The position numbers and the translations under genes were made by a program. From Clostridiaceae bacterium (GTDB lineage Bacteria > Bacillota > Clostridia > CAYPLH01 > DUMO01), in contig DUMO01000064.1 of assembly GCA_012839865.1 (NCBI GenBank), positions 1 to 64,000 of the forward strand: DNA of 64,000 nucleotides, read 5' to 3'. The notes under the pieces are model-generated. The model was not told the origin of the DNA and searched no databases. It saw nothing but the letters and a program-made list of their open reading frames with translations. Of the stretch, positions 9,908 to 19,992 are shown piece after piece (positions within the stretch are counted from its first letter, which is position 1; each line of letters begins with the position of its first letter).

Positions 9908-10828
9908 TTACAGTTTCCCGAAATTTCGAAGGTATATTATATTTTGAATAATTCCATTTGATTTCCACCAGTTTTTGCTGATTGCCCATTCGTCGGGGTA
10001 CTCACTCCATGACCAGGGAATATTCCAGGAGCCATCGTCTAGCTGGGTTTTGATTATGAATTCACACTCATAGTCTGCGAGTTCCTTAACCTCTTTGTAT
10101 AATATGCTGTCCGGTGAGTTCAAAAAATGGGACGGTTTGCAAACATACAGGGTTTCCCATTCATCAGTATTCCTGTATATACAGCTTTTGACTCCCTCCA
10201 TCAGTTTGTTTTTAAGCCCTGCCAAATCTATAACGCCAGTTTCCTTTGATTCCTCAAGATACTCCATAAGACGTATATAACAAAGTACCAAAAACATATC
10301 ATTTTGCGTTCCGTCAGATATTAACCGTTTAAATGCCTCTTCTGCTATTCGGCAACCCAACTTGTAAAGCTTGCTGTCTCTGTCTGCAAAACGAATTATA
10401 AAACCTGCAAGACAAGCCGTCGGATTATAGTCATTGTGGATTTTCATGTCGTTTCTGTAATGCCACCAGGATGCGTGTGGGTAATCGTTATTGCTTTCAA
10501 TAATGTTGAGCCAAAGCTTGCCATTGAAGTTTTGACCGCTTTCAAGGTAACGAAGGATGCCTTTTATAATCGGGTGAGAGTTGTCGGTAAAATTAATTTC
10601 CCGCAGGATTTCAGTAGCTGTCCAGGTCTGAACAGGAGCGGAATTTGGGTTCCAGGAATCCGGTTCCAAAGCATGCCCGAAACCTCCATCTTCGTTCTGA
10701 TAACAGGCAAGAGCAGTTAAAACCTCATCATTGCTGCCAGCTTCAAAGTGATACCTCCACCTTGCAAGGTCAAGAGGCCTTGCATTTCTGTATATAAACT
10801 CTCTCGGCTTTTTGTAAGTCAGGTTCAT
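9908..10828 (-). CDS. Hypothetical protein with prenyltransferase/squalene-cyclase-like repeats
   Basis: FIYRNARPLDLARW, YQNEDGGFGHALEPD, TQLDDGSW. Confidence 0.7.
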   Translation of the reverse strand: MNLTYKKPREFIYRNARPLDLARWRYHFEAGSNDEVLTALACYQNEDGGFGHALEPDSWNPNSAPVQTWTATEILREINFTDNSHPIIKGILRYLESGQNFNGKLWLNIIESNNDYPHASWWHYRNDMKIHNDYNPTACLAGFIIRFADRDSKLYKLGCRIAEEAFKRLISDGTQNDMFLVLCYIRLMEYLEESKETGVIDLAGLKNKLMEGVKSCIYRNTDEWETLYVCKPSHFLNSPDSILYKEVKELADYECEFIIKTQLDDGSWNIPWSWSEYPDEWAISKNWWKSNGIIQNIIYLRNFGKL

Positions 10829-10975
10829 TATTCATCCCCCCATACATATAAAATTTAAAAGTTTCTCTGGCAAATAGATACATTTTCCAATAACTTATTG
10901 TCTATTACCTTAGTTTTAGTAACCTTAGATTAATTTCATTTTTCGGCAGTCTGATATCGCTACTTATATGTTCCA

Positions 10976-11335
10976 TTATTGTACCTCATTAAAACAACAA
11001 CGGGAAACAGCCTCGTCATATGGAATTTTAAGCAATTCTGCTCCTCTTTGCATACTAATTTCGTTTTCGTTTATTGCACGATACACTAACTGTTCAAATA
11101 AAGTGGAAACCTCTTTTTCAATTCGAGAAGGCTCATTTTTTCTCCAGCCTGGTTTTATCTCACCAACGCGGCTGCTATTTCCGCGGATCTCAAACACATA
11201 TGCCGGAACCCATTTCTTTTCAGGTATAGCAGGCTTTTTCGCAATACAATAGAGTTCTATTTCACCATCAGTTAATTCAGGTACATCAATAAAGTCATTA
11301 AAAATAACTGGTTGATTATTATAATAAGCTATCCT
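10976..11335 (-). pseudogene. Chimeric remnant: second GNAT-domain N-terminus fused to an XRE-ImmA/IrrE C-terminus
   Basis: IAYYNNQPV...PAIPEKKWVPAYVFEI..VGEI switches abruptly near 11155 to PGWRKNEPSRIEKE..LFEQLVYRAINENEISMQRGAELL. Confidence 0.6.
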
Positions 11336-11882
11336 GCAGAACTTCCCATTCATCTTTAAGGATGGCATATGAATACTCATCCCCATATTTCTTGTCTGAA
11401 TATTTATTTGCTGGTCGTGCTTCAAGAAAACAACCTTCTCTGCGCATGCCTATTCGTTCCATAACACGATATGAGCCATAGTTTTCTGCATCACAATGAG
11501 CAGTAATCCTGTGTAATCCCAATTCGCTGAATCCAAACTCCAAAATACGTTTACCCATTTCAGTACCGAAGCCCTGTTTCCAGTAATCTCTGTGTAAAAT
11601 CCAGCCAATTTCAGCTTCATCATTGCTTGAAATAGCTAAATTGCATGCACCTATAAGCCTTCGGTTTGATTTTAATACAACAGCAAACTGATAATTGCTG
11701 CAGGGGTTTTCCTTTGCTTGCGCAATAGCTTGAGAAATAAATGCTTTGGTTTGAGACTCATCATTTGGTCCCCAAACCATATACTGAATATTTTCAGCTG
11801 CACTTGCATAAGCATGAACCGCTTCAAAATCGGTTTCCTCAAATGGCCGTAAAATCAATCTCTCTGTTTCAAGAGTTTTCAT
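11319..11882 (-). CDS. GNAT (RimJ/RimL) N-acetyltransferase
   Basis: LETERLILRPF, EIGWILHRDYWKQGFGTE, SYRVMERIGMRREG. Confidence 0.9.
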   Translation of the reverse strand: MKTLETERLILRPFEETDFEAVHAYASAAENIQYMVWGPNDESQTKAFISQAIAQAKENPCSNYQFAVVLKSNRRLIGACNLAISSNDEAEIGWILHRDYWKQGFGTEMGKRILEFGFSELGLHRITAHCDAENYGSYRVMERIGMRREGCFLEARPANKYSDKKYGDEYSYAILKDEWEVLQDSLL

Positions 11883-11958
11883 ACTCCCCATCTCCATTCT
11901 TGTTATCATTATGCCAATCTGCTGCTGCGCACTAGCATATTGCACAGCCTTTGAAATG

Positions 11959-12000
11959 AAAAAACCCCGCAGAAATCACTTTTATGTGACTCCGCGGGGT
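11959..12000 (-). terminator. Intrinsic terminator upstream of the GNAT gene
   Basis: ACCCCGCGGAGTCAC-ATAAAA-GTGATTTCTGCGGGGT followed by a T run. Confidence 0.8.
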
Positions 12001-12081
12001 AAATTTTTCCGCGTGTAAGGCTTTAATGCCCCCATACAGCTCAAGCTTGAAGCTCTTATGCATGCTCACCGTTTTGGAATA

Positions 12082-12110
12082 TTATTACATGGCAGGCTTA
12101 AGTTTGTCAA
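12082..12110 (-). promoter_or_regulatory. Sigma-A promoter TTGACA-N17-TAATAA
   Basis: -35 at 12110-12105. Confidence 0.6.
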
Positions 12111-12148
12111 GTACAATTGGTAAGTTCTCCTGAATATATTATATTATA

Positions 12149-12373
12149 CTAGTCAACATCCCTGTGCATGCAACTGTCACAATCATTGCAGCACCCTTTA
12201 AAACTGGTCTTGCCTGAACTTCTGGTATTTATATAAATTCCCGAATACACCTGGCTTGTATCAGAAGAATTGCAATTTGGACATACAATCTTTGCATTTC
12301 CCCTGTCCTTCATTGATAGCGTAAGCTCAAATTTCTCATTGCAATGGTTACATTCAAATTCATATCTGGGCAT
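12149..12373 (-). CDS. FmdB-family zinc-ribbon protein
   Basis: MPRYEFECNHC...CPNC motif. Confidence 0.88.
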   Translation of the reverse strand: MPRYEFECNHCNEKFELTLSMKDRGNAKIVCPNCNSSDTSQVYSGIYINTRSSGKTSFKGCCNDCDSCMHRDVD

Positions 12374-12592
12374 AAGCAATCTCCCTTCTATAATACCTTG
12401 GGTATTAATTCTATCATTTATTATTTGAACTAAGTTAAGAGTGGTTGCGTTTATTTAAGATTATAAATAAGTACTGGAATAAAATCAATGGGGTCTCATC
12501 CACGGTATCTTGACAATCGTTTTGTACTCCTTTTGTTTGCAGTTATTGAAGAATTAGTTAAGGTTTTGAAAGACATTGTTAAAAATATATAC

Positions 12593-12621
12593 TTTACAAA
12601 AGCAGAATGAGATGTTATAAT
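12593..12621 (+). promoter_or_regulatory. Sigma-A promoter of tRNA-Thr, TTTACA-N17-TATAAT
   Basis: Direct sequence match. Confidence 0.75.
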
Positions 12622-12645
12622 GCATAATGTTCGCAAATTGAATGT

Positions 12646-12721
12646 GCCCTCATAGCTCAGTAGGCAGAGCGCATCCATGGTAAGGATGAGGTCATCGGTT
12701 CGATTCCGATTGAGGGCTCCA
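12646..12721 (+). tRNA. tRNA-Thr(GGT)
   Basis: 76-nt cloverleaf, anticodon arm CATCC-ATGGTAA-GGATG, GGTTCGA T loop, encoded CCA. Confidence 0.97.
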
Positions 12722-12783
12722 CATTACAAGATACACTTTGAAAAAAGTGCAACAATATTGCAACAACCAAAGAAAAATTAAGG

Positions 12784-12816
12784 AGCTTGATTTAGAAAAT
12801 AAATCGAGCTTTTTTG
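12784..12816 (+). terminator. Terminator after tRNA-Thr
   Basis: AGCTTGATTTA-GAAAA-TAAATCGAGCT followed by a T run. Confidence 0.7.
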
Positions 12817-13049
12817 TTTTTCCCCGGACATTATTGAATCTTCTTATCGATTTCAAAATACAGAATCCATAAAATAATTTTAAAGGTACACCGTTTCTGC
12901 TTCCGGAAAATATTGCAAATAAATATTCACATAAACCTTGATGCTCAAGTTACTATTGTTGTCTAAACAATCCAAAAAACACCATTCAAGCATTGCTATT
13001 CATGCCTGAATGGTGTTTATTATCTGATTGGCGTTACCTGAGTTAGCAT

Positions 13050-13844
13050 CTAAATCAGCCTGTCCCTGCGAAAGCCCGCAGTCATGAAACGCCATGCCGC
13101 CTTTCTGTTCGTCAGCCAGGCGATTTGTGTGTCATTCTTGTTATTACTGAGCATTTTAGATACAAAAAATTTTGCGACTGTTTCCGGTCTATCGCCCAGT
13201 ATGTTGAATATCTTTCTGAACTTTTCATCTGTGATGACCTCAGACTGCTCTCCATCGGGATTTTTTGTGATGAAATCGGTCAACATCATGCCCGGGGACA
13301 AACGCCCGGCTATTACACCGGTACCCTTCAGTTCCCTGGCAAGTCCCTTCATGAAGTACGTTAATGCACACTTGCTGGTCCCATAAAGGATTGTCTTTAC
13401 CTGTATCATGTTGTTGGAGCCCAGGCCCTCCATACTGTATATGGCGCCATGTCCTTGTTTTAACATTCCCGCTGCCGCAATTTGAGAACCATATATCATG
13501 CCGAGAATATTTGTCTTTATGACATTTGCAGTATAGGTTTCACCCGTTTCCCACGAAAACACATGCGGTGTGTTTTGTCCCGCGTTATTGATCCATATAT
13601 CTATACTGCCCCACCGCTCCATGGAAGCATCCCAGAGGTTATGCAGGCTTGCCTTTTCCTGGACGTTGCATTGAATATAGATGTATTTTCCCTCATAAGA
13701 TGCCAGTTCCGCATGCGCTGCTTCCGGCATGGCTTCACTTCTGCCAGATAGCGTAACGTTACAGCCTGCTTTCAGAAATTCCTTTGCCATTGAAAAACCA
13801 ATACCGCGTGTACTGCCGGTTATCACCACATTTTTCACAAACAA
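13050..13844 (-). CDS. SDR family oxidoreductase
   Basis: TGSTRGIG, NNAG, YGTSK. Confidence 0.92.
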   Translation of the reverse strand: MFVKNVVITGSTRGIGFSMAKEFLKAGCNVTLSGRSEAMPEAAHAELASYEGKYIYIQCNVQEKASLHNLWDASMERWGSIDIWINNAGQNTPHVFSWETGETYTANVIKTNILGMIYGSQIAAAGMLKQGHGAIYSMEGLGSNNMIQVKTILYGTSKCALTYFMKGLARELKGTGVIAGRLSPGMMLTDFITKNPDGEQSEVITDEKFRKIFNILGDRPETVAKFFVSKMLSNNKNDTQIAWLTNRKAAWRFMTAGFRRDRLI

Positions 13845-13877
13845 CCCTCCTTATCTTTGTTTACCCATTCATTTAGG

Positions 13878-14048
13878 TTATAATACCATATTGCCCATTT
13901 GGCTCATCACCATTTTATAATATTGCCCTTTCTTGTTCATAAGGCTTTCATGGTTTCCGCTCTCTAATATTCTTCCATCACTGATAACCATAATATGGTC
14001 TGCATCCCTTATCGTAGACAGACGATGGGCTATACCGTATAAACTCAT
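13878..14048 (-). pseudogene. C-terminal remnant of an ABC exporter ATPase (MsbA/MdlB-like)
   Basis: Translates to ...[42 protein letters not shown]; only the H-loop onward is present. Confidence 0.85.
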
Positions 14049-14468
14049 ATTTGAATCACTGTCTTTCTAATAAGTCAAATTTTCATATCATCATTATACA
14101 ATTATACATACTTTTTTAATATCGTAAATCTACATATTTTGAGTCATTTTGCACGGACGAAAAAGTCATCTCTCTTTAAGATGTACAACTGATTATTTTC
14201 CTGTTTTATTGCATTGGTAATATTACTCAGGCTGATAGTTGATAAAAAAATAGGGATCTATGGGAAAATGGCGTCCGAAATATGCTCCTATCATGAGAAA
14301 AGTCGGTTATAACTTCAGAGTTATAAAAAGTATCGACTTTGTGACTATCACGAGATGAGAAACAGTACTTTTACACATTTACAATTTCATACAAATAATG
14401 CTATAATAAGTTAAATTTCATTTATGGCAAGTTTGTTATATCGGTTTACAACAGAAAGGGTATGTACT

Positions 14469-15758
14469 ATGCACAGGACCGTAAAAACAGGCAGTAACTT
14501 TGAACGCGAACCGCTTATAAAACCATTTGGATTCAAAGGAAGTTATCTGGATGAATTGTGGCAGGTTTCCGTATATATGGAAGGACAGTCGGGATACCGT
14601 TCTGTAGGATTGGGCACCCAGAGCGTCCTGTGGTCGGATGCAGATGTTTTCTCCAGCCACTCGCAAGCCGCCGGTAATTGCCTGATGTACTTGATAACGG
14701 ATCATGCCCTGAAAATAGCACGGAATCTTTCATTTGAAAATCCGATTGATTTACTGGATCAGCTCCTTCCTCAGGTTTATGAATATGGCAGGAAAATAAC
14801 CTGCAATCCAAAGCTTCGTGCAACATTTGTGCTGAACGCGCTGGTTGCACTTGATAACGCTGCATGGCTGCTCTATTGCCATGAAAACAACATTGGTAAT
14901 TTTGATGACATGATACCTGAAAACATCCGTCCGGCGCTTTCGTACAGGCATGATAGACTCGCCGGCATACCGCTGATAACTTATGGTACATCTTCTCAAG
15001 ATATTGTCAACCTCGTAAATAGCGGCAGTTTTTTCCTGAAAATTAAAATAGGCTCCGATCCTGAGAAAGATGGAGACCCTGAAAAAATGCTCGGCTGGGA
15101 TAAAAAGAGGCTGACCTCCATCCATGAAATATTACGTGATACATCGACGCAGTACACAGAGAACGGACATATCGCATACTATCTTGACGCCAATGGCCGT
15201 TATGACAGCAAGGAACGCCTTCTCAGGCTTCTGGACCATGCAGATAAAATAGGTGCCCTCGACCGGATTGTCATTTTGGAAGAGCCTTTCCCCGAAGATT
15301 ACAAAGCTGATGTACACGATATTCCTGTACGGCTTGCGGCAGATGAGAGCGTGCATTCGGATACAGACGCCACGGAACGTATTGAACTGGGTTACCGCGC
15401 CATTGCCCTAAAGCCAATAGCGAAAACAATGAGCATGAGCCTTAAAATTTGCAAGGCTGCATTTGAAAAAGGCATCCCATGTTTTTGCGCGGATTTGACT
15501 GTAAATCCTGTTCTGGTAGACTGGAATAAAAATATAGCCGCGCGTTTGGCGCCGCTTCCCGGAATGAATGTAGGAGTGCTGGAGTCCAACGGCTGCCAGA
15601 ATTACAGCAGGTGGGACAAGTTGAAGTCCTACCATCCTTATAAAGGTGCAGAATGGATCGACTGTAAATCAGGCCTGTTTATGCTGAATGATGATTTTTA
15701 TAAGGAAAGCGGAGGCATTTTTAGGACAAGCAAACACTATGCGTCGCTGCTGAAATAG
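14469..15758 (+). CDS. Enolase-superfamily enzyme (mandelate racemase / Ala-Glu epimerase-like)
   Basis: KIKIG (KxK), YLDANG, ILEEP, AADES and ALKPIAK metal/catalytic positions. Confidence 0.8.
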   Translation: MHRTVKTGSNFEREPLIKPFGFKGSYLDELWQVSVYMEGQSGYRSVGLGTQSVLWSDADVFSSHSQAAGNCLMYLITDHALKIARNLSFENPIDLLDQLLPQVYEYGRKITCNPKLRATFVLNALVALDNAAWLLYCHENNIGNFDDMIPENIRPALSYRHDRLAGIPLITYGTSSQDIVNLVNSGSFFLKIKIGSDPEKDGDPEKMLGWDKKRLTSIHEILRDTSTQYTENGHIAYYLDANGRYDSKERLLRLLDHADKIGALDRIVILEEPFPEDYKADVHDIPVRLAADESVHSDTDATERIELGYRAIALKPIAKTMSMSLKICKAAFEKGIPCFCADLTVNPVLVDWNKNIAARLAPLPGMNVGVLESNGCQNYSRWDKLKSYHPYKGAEWIDCKSGLFMLNDDFYKESGGIFRTSKHYASLLK

Positions 15759-15776
15759 AGTCCAAACCAACCTTGA

Positions 15777-15920
15777 CCATGGTTGGTCACGGACGTCATA
15801 CCGCCGCAGAATTACCAGATGGCTTGTATTATATTAGTACCGCTGCCAATTGTATCGATATATCCATTTTTACAAAAACATTTTGTGAAAGGAATATTGG
15901 CTGGTTCAATGAAAGGATGA
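15777..15920 (+). pseudogene. C-terminal remnant of a carbohydrate ABC permease
   Basis: Translates to ...VIPPQNYQMACIILVPLPIVSIYPFLQKHFVKGILAGSMKG*; in-frame stop at 15774 and no start. Confidence 0.85.
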
Positions 15921-15930
15921 TAAAACAATT

Positions 15931-17198
15931 ATGAAAATAGGTGTCAAGAAGACTGTAATAAACCCTGAATTTCCGGTTGACCTTGCCGGGTTCGGTGTTC
16001 CCGGCAGGAAATCCGCCGGCGTACATGATTACATTTACTTAAGCGTTATGGTTGCAGAGCATGATGGAAAAAAGGCTGCATTTATATGCGCGGATATAAT
16101 CGGGTTTGACCAGAAACTGGTAAAGGATCTGAAAAGCAGTATATACCGCCGGTTTGGTTTTCATGAGGATGAGGTTTTTTTCAATGCCTCGCATACTCAC
16201 AGTGGCCCTCAGACCCTGACATATATGCTTAGTCTGGTTGGCAAAGCAGATGCGGATTATCTTGCATTTTTCAACCAAAAGCTCTATTCCGCTTTTGAAG
16301 ATGCTTTGAATGACCTTGAAGAAACCGAGGTATACGCAGCTGTTACAAAATCGGATATTGGCATAAACAGAAGGCTGATCGCCGAAGGGAAAGCATTATT
16401 TGCTCCAAATGAGGACGGTCCGGCCGACAACTGTGTTACTGTGATCAAATTCAGTACCGGTGACAGAGTTAAAGCCGTTCTTTTCAATTATGCCTGTCAT
16501 CCCAGCATAGTATGCACAAACAATGTGAGCGCGGACTATCCGGGATATGCCAAAAAAACAGTAGAGGAACACTTCGGAAAAGGTACTGTTGCGTTTTTCA
16601 TGCAAGGCTGCTGTGGGAACATAAGGGCAAGGACCGTGGAAAACGGCCGCTTCAGATCTGGTACATGGGACGATGTCGCCGGCTTTGGCAGCCTGCTTGG
16701 TCAAAATGTGATTGACGCATGCGAGGGCAATATGCAGAAAATTGAGGATTTCAATATTCTCACCGCTATTTCCCACATTGATCTTCCCCTTGAAGAAATA
16801 CCGTCCAGGAAATATTACGAAGAAGTAAAACAGCAAAACAGCCCGGGCAAAAAAGAATGGGCCGAGAAAATGCGACTGAACTATGAATCGTTAAAGAGCA
16901 GCAGATCCTTTATTATCCACCGTATTTCAATCGGTAAAAAATTGCGTTTATCGGAATGAGTGGCGAAGTCTGCTCAGAGTACAGCCTTTATGCCAGAAAA
17001 GCGTTTGCTGGCGACTTTCTTGTCGTGGCTGCCTATGCAAACGGTACGGAAGGATACATACCGACGGAAAAGATGTTTAAAGAGGGCGGATACGAGCCGG
17101 AAGACAGCTATGTTTATTTCTCATTTCCATCGAAGTATGACAGTTCGATTGAAAAAATACTTACGAAGGAAATTGAAAATATTTTAGCATTAGAATAG
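15931..17198 (+). pseudogene. Neutral/alkaline ceramidase-like hydrolase, frameshifted in the A6 run at 16936-16941
   Basis: ASHTHSGP, NYACHP, SADYPG, FMQGCCGN motifs. Adding one A joins 15931..16959 to 16956..17198 (IGKKIAFIGMSGEV..AYANG..GYIPT..EGGYE). Confidence 0.8.
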
Positions 17199-17433
17199 TT
17201 AAAAGCGCATAACAATAAGGATATTAAAAATTATGAAAGATGTGTCCGGAGTGATGTTTTTAGACGCTGAATTTTAGCAACGTAGAATACCGGTCGGACA
17301 TCCAGCTCTCCGCTGGTACTTCCTCCGCCAAATATCATCCAAAACAAATAATTTATAAATTATAAACATTATTGATTATTCTGGATAATTCTAGTACAAT
17401 TTTAGTCAGAGAATTAACCTCAGGGGGTTAATT

Positions 17434-19791
17434 ATGAACCTTTTTAAGCGTATCACACAATACAAGCTGTTTCGTAGAATCCTTTTGCTGAATATAATGT
17501 TGTTGACATTTGCATTGGCTCTTGTTAGCAGCATATTATACAACCTGTTCTCGAAAAGCGCAGCAGAAGAAGTCTCAAACAACGCCCTGGTCAAACTTAT
17601 GCAAGTCAGTTACACCGCTGATATTATTCATAACAATGTAACAAGCATCGGAAACCAAATTATAAATGACGCAAATGCCATTGTTTATTTGTATTCCAAG
17701 GAGCCAAACAAGGTAAATGACTACAATGCTTATACATTCCTGAACAGAATTCAAAATACATATCCCTTCATTATAAGCATTGGTTTATACAACACCGAAA
17801 ATGGAAGGCATATTGACACCCAGGATATTCCTATCGAAATGGAGGTCCCTGAAAACAACTATGAAAACTACTTGAATTACCTCACACGGAAGGTAACAAT
17901 TGAAAGGCCCAGAGGCAATGAAAGTTTTGAAGTATTAACTTTTTTGCTCTATCCTGAAGTGTCATATCTGGAAAAACCTAGGGTGGTAATTGTAATAAAT
18001 ATTGATAAGGAATACTTGCTTAACACTGTCATGGAAATCAATACCGAATACCATGAATCAAACATTTTTGTGATGAATTCCCTGGGAACTGTTATAACTC
18101 ATTCCTCGCAGCCTGTGTTTTCGGAAAACTCCAATTATTTTGACTGTATCAGCAAAATTCTAAGTGAAAATAAAGAAAATGGCAAATTTACTTACAGCAT
18201 AAACAACAGAGATTACTTAATCACCTATGCCCGGGCAAGCAGTCTGAACTGGTTTTTTGTCAGCATGATTCCCAATAATAAGTTGCTGAAAAACATCTTA
18301 CAGATGAAGAACATCACCTTTCTGGTAACCTCATTGCTGCTGTTGATAGGTATAGCACTGGCAGTATGGTTTTCCGGTATAATATACAATCCCCTTGAGA
18401 CCCTTATCAAAACAATTGAAGGTAGCAACCGGGGAATGGAAAAAGCCAAAAAGTACCTTGATGAGTACAATCTATTGCTGGAAGCCTTCTCAAGATATCA
18501 GGAAAGCACAAGCACCATGCAGGCGTCAATTTACTCATCATACAATGAAGTGCGGGATAAGTATATATTGAACCTGGTAAAGGGTAACTTAAGCAAAATA
18601 AGAATAACATGCGGCATGCAGGACGATATCGAGCGAAGCCTGGAAGCACCATTTTATGGTACTCTTATATTTAAAATTGACAACTACAGAGAGCTTAAGA
18701 ACGAAGCAAGCATAAAGGATTTGCAGCTTGTCAGGTTTGCAATCTGCAACATATCACAGGAACTCCTTGCAAAAGAATTTCAGAACGATGCAGTTGTTCT
18801 GGAGGAGGATAAAATAGTGACTCTGGCCAGGCTCCAAAGTCAAAACTGGCCCGACACCATTTACCTTGCAATAAAGGAAATCCAGGATGCATTAAGGAAA
18901 TATTTCAGTATTACGCTCTCAGCAAGTATCGGCAGCATAACCGGTGCTGCGGATAACATCAACACATCCCTGAGAAAATCATTGGAACTCATTCAGTATA
19001 CCGTTTTCTACGGGAAAGAGTCTATTATTGACGAGGAAAAAGCAAGCAGTAATCTGAATTTTTCATACAGGTATTCGGATAAGATAGAATCCGGGCTTAT
19101 TGAAGCTATAAAGCTTGGCAGGGAAAAGCACTTTAAAAAATATATCAGTGCATTCATTAATGAAATATCCAAGCTGCCTTATTCCCAGGCAATGAATTAT
19201 CTTAACCACCTTTTGCTGTCCATAATAAAATCCATTGGCAATATAATCAAAATTGAAGAGAATGAATACAGGTATTTTTATGAGATTATGAATCAAATAA
19301 ACCAGTCTGAATCACTAACCAATATACATAACAAAATTTATGAATTCTGCTGTAACATGAACATATTGCTGAATGATAAAAACAGTATTGCAGCAAGCAG
19401 GAAATATGAGCACCTTATTCAAATGGCAAAGGATTATGTGGAGAAAAATTACAGTAACCCTGGGTTGTCAATTGAAACAGTCTCCGAGTGGGTGAATCTG
19501 TCCTCCGGTTATTTGGGCAAAATTTTCAAAAGTATGACAAACAGTTCTTTTAACGATTATTTGAACCAGGTACGGCTTGAGGCCTCCAAAGCTTTGATTG
19601 CCAGGGAAAACAAATCAATTTCCGCCATATGCAAGGAAGTCGGCATTTACAACGTAACATACTTTTCAACTCTTTTCAAAAAGTATTATGGCATAACACC
19701 CTCTCAATTCAGAGAAACAATTTACTCAACACAATTACAAAATTTTAAAGGTACGGAAGCCTCCGATAATCAGAACCCCGAAAAAGAATAA
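17434..19791 (+). CDS. AraC-family one-component regulator with extracellular Cache-like sensor
   Basis: Two TM segments flanking a sensor domain; C-terminal AraC HTH (LSSGYLGKIFK...YFSTLFKKYYGITPSQFR). Confidence 0.9.
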   Translation: MNLFKRITQYKLFRRILLLNIMLLTFALALVSSILYNLFSKSAAEEVSNNALVKLMQVSYTADIIHNNVTSIGNQIINDANAIVYLYSKEPNKVNDYNAYTFLNRIQNTYPFIISIGLYNTENGRHIDTQDIPIEMEVPENNYENYLNYLTRKVTIERPRGNESFEVLTFLLYPEVSYLEKPRVVIVINIDKEYLLNTVMEINTEYHESNIFVMNSLGTVITHSSQPVFSENSNYFDCISKILSENKENGKFTYSINNRDYLITYARASSLNWFFVSMIPNNKLLKNILQMKNITFLVTSLLLLIGIALAVWFSGIIYNPLETLIKTIEGSNRGMEKAKKYLDEYNLLLEAFSRYQESTSTMQASIYSSYNEVRDKYILNLVKGNLSKIRITCGMQDDIERSLEAPFYGTLIFKIDNYRELKNEASIKDLQLVRFAICNISQELLAKEFQNDAVVLEEDKIVTLARLQSQNWPDTIYLAIKEIQDALRKYFSITLSASIGSITGAADNINTSLRKSLELIQYTVFYGKESIIDEEKASSNLNFSYRYSDKIESGLIEAIKLGREKHFKKYISAFINEISKLPYSQAMNYLNHLLLSIIKSIGNIIKIEENEYRYFYEIMNQINQSESLTNIHNKIYEFCCNMNILLNDKNSIAASRKYEHLIQMAKDYVEKNYSNPGLSIETVSEWVNLSSGYLGKIFKSMTNSSFNDYLNQVRLEASKALIARENKSISAICKEVGIYNVTYFSTLFKKYYGITPSQFRETIYSTQLQNFKGTEASDNQNPEKE

Positions 19792-19800
19792 TTTTTTATT

Positions 19801-19882
19801 TCATTCGAAAATTTTGAAAGTTATTGCAAGAAAACAAAACCCATCATCTCAAATTTCTAAAATCATTCCTGAAATTTGAAAG
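19801..19882 (+). promoter_or_regulatory. Direct repeats, candidate AraC operator
   Basis: TCATTCgaaaattTTGAAAG (19801) and TCATTCctgaaatTTGAAAG (19863) upstream of the ABC operon. Confidence 0.4.
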
Positions 19883-19992
19883 TGTTTGTCTTAAATTTTT
19901 GAATAAATATCCAGTTTTTAAAATTTACAATATTATTAACTGCTGTTAAAATGAGCAGGGAAACCGGAATGAGAGGAGGGGGGTGTCTGACT

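Noticed and set aside
12496..12678. 60-aa ORF
   Set aside because: Antisense to tRNA-Thr and its promoter
12700..12721. attL/attR duplication of a tRNA 3' end (prophage or ICE)
   Set aside because: No second copy of either tRNA end, and no integrase or phage genes seen in the window
14307..14326. Palindrome TTATAACT-TCAG-AGTTATAA as an operator
   Set aside because: AT-rich, single copy, and no cognate repressor nearby
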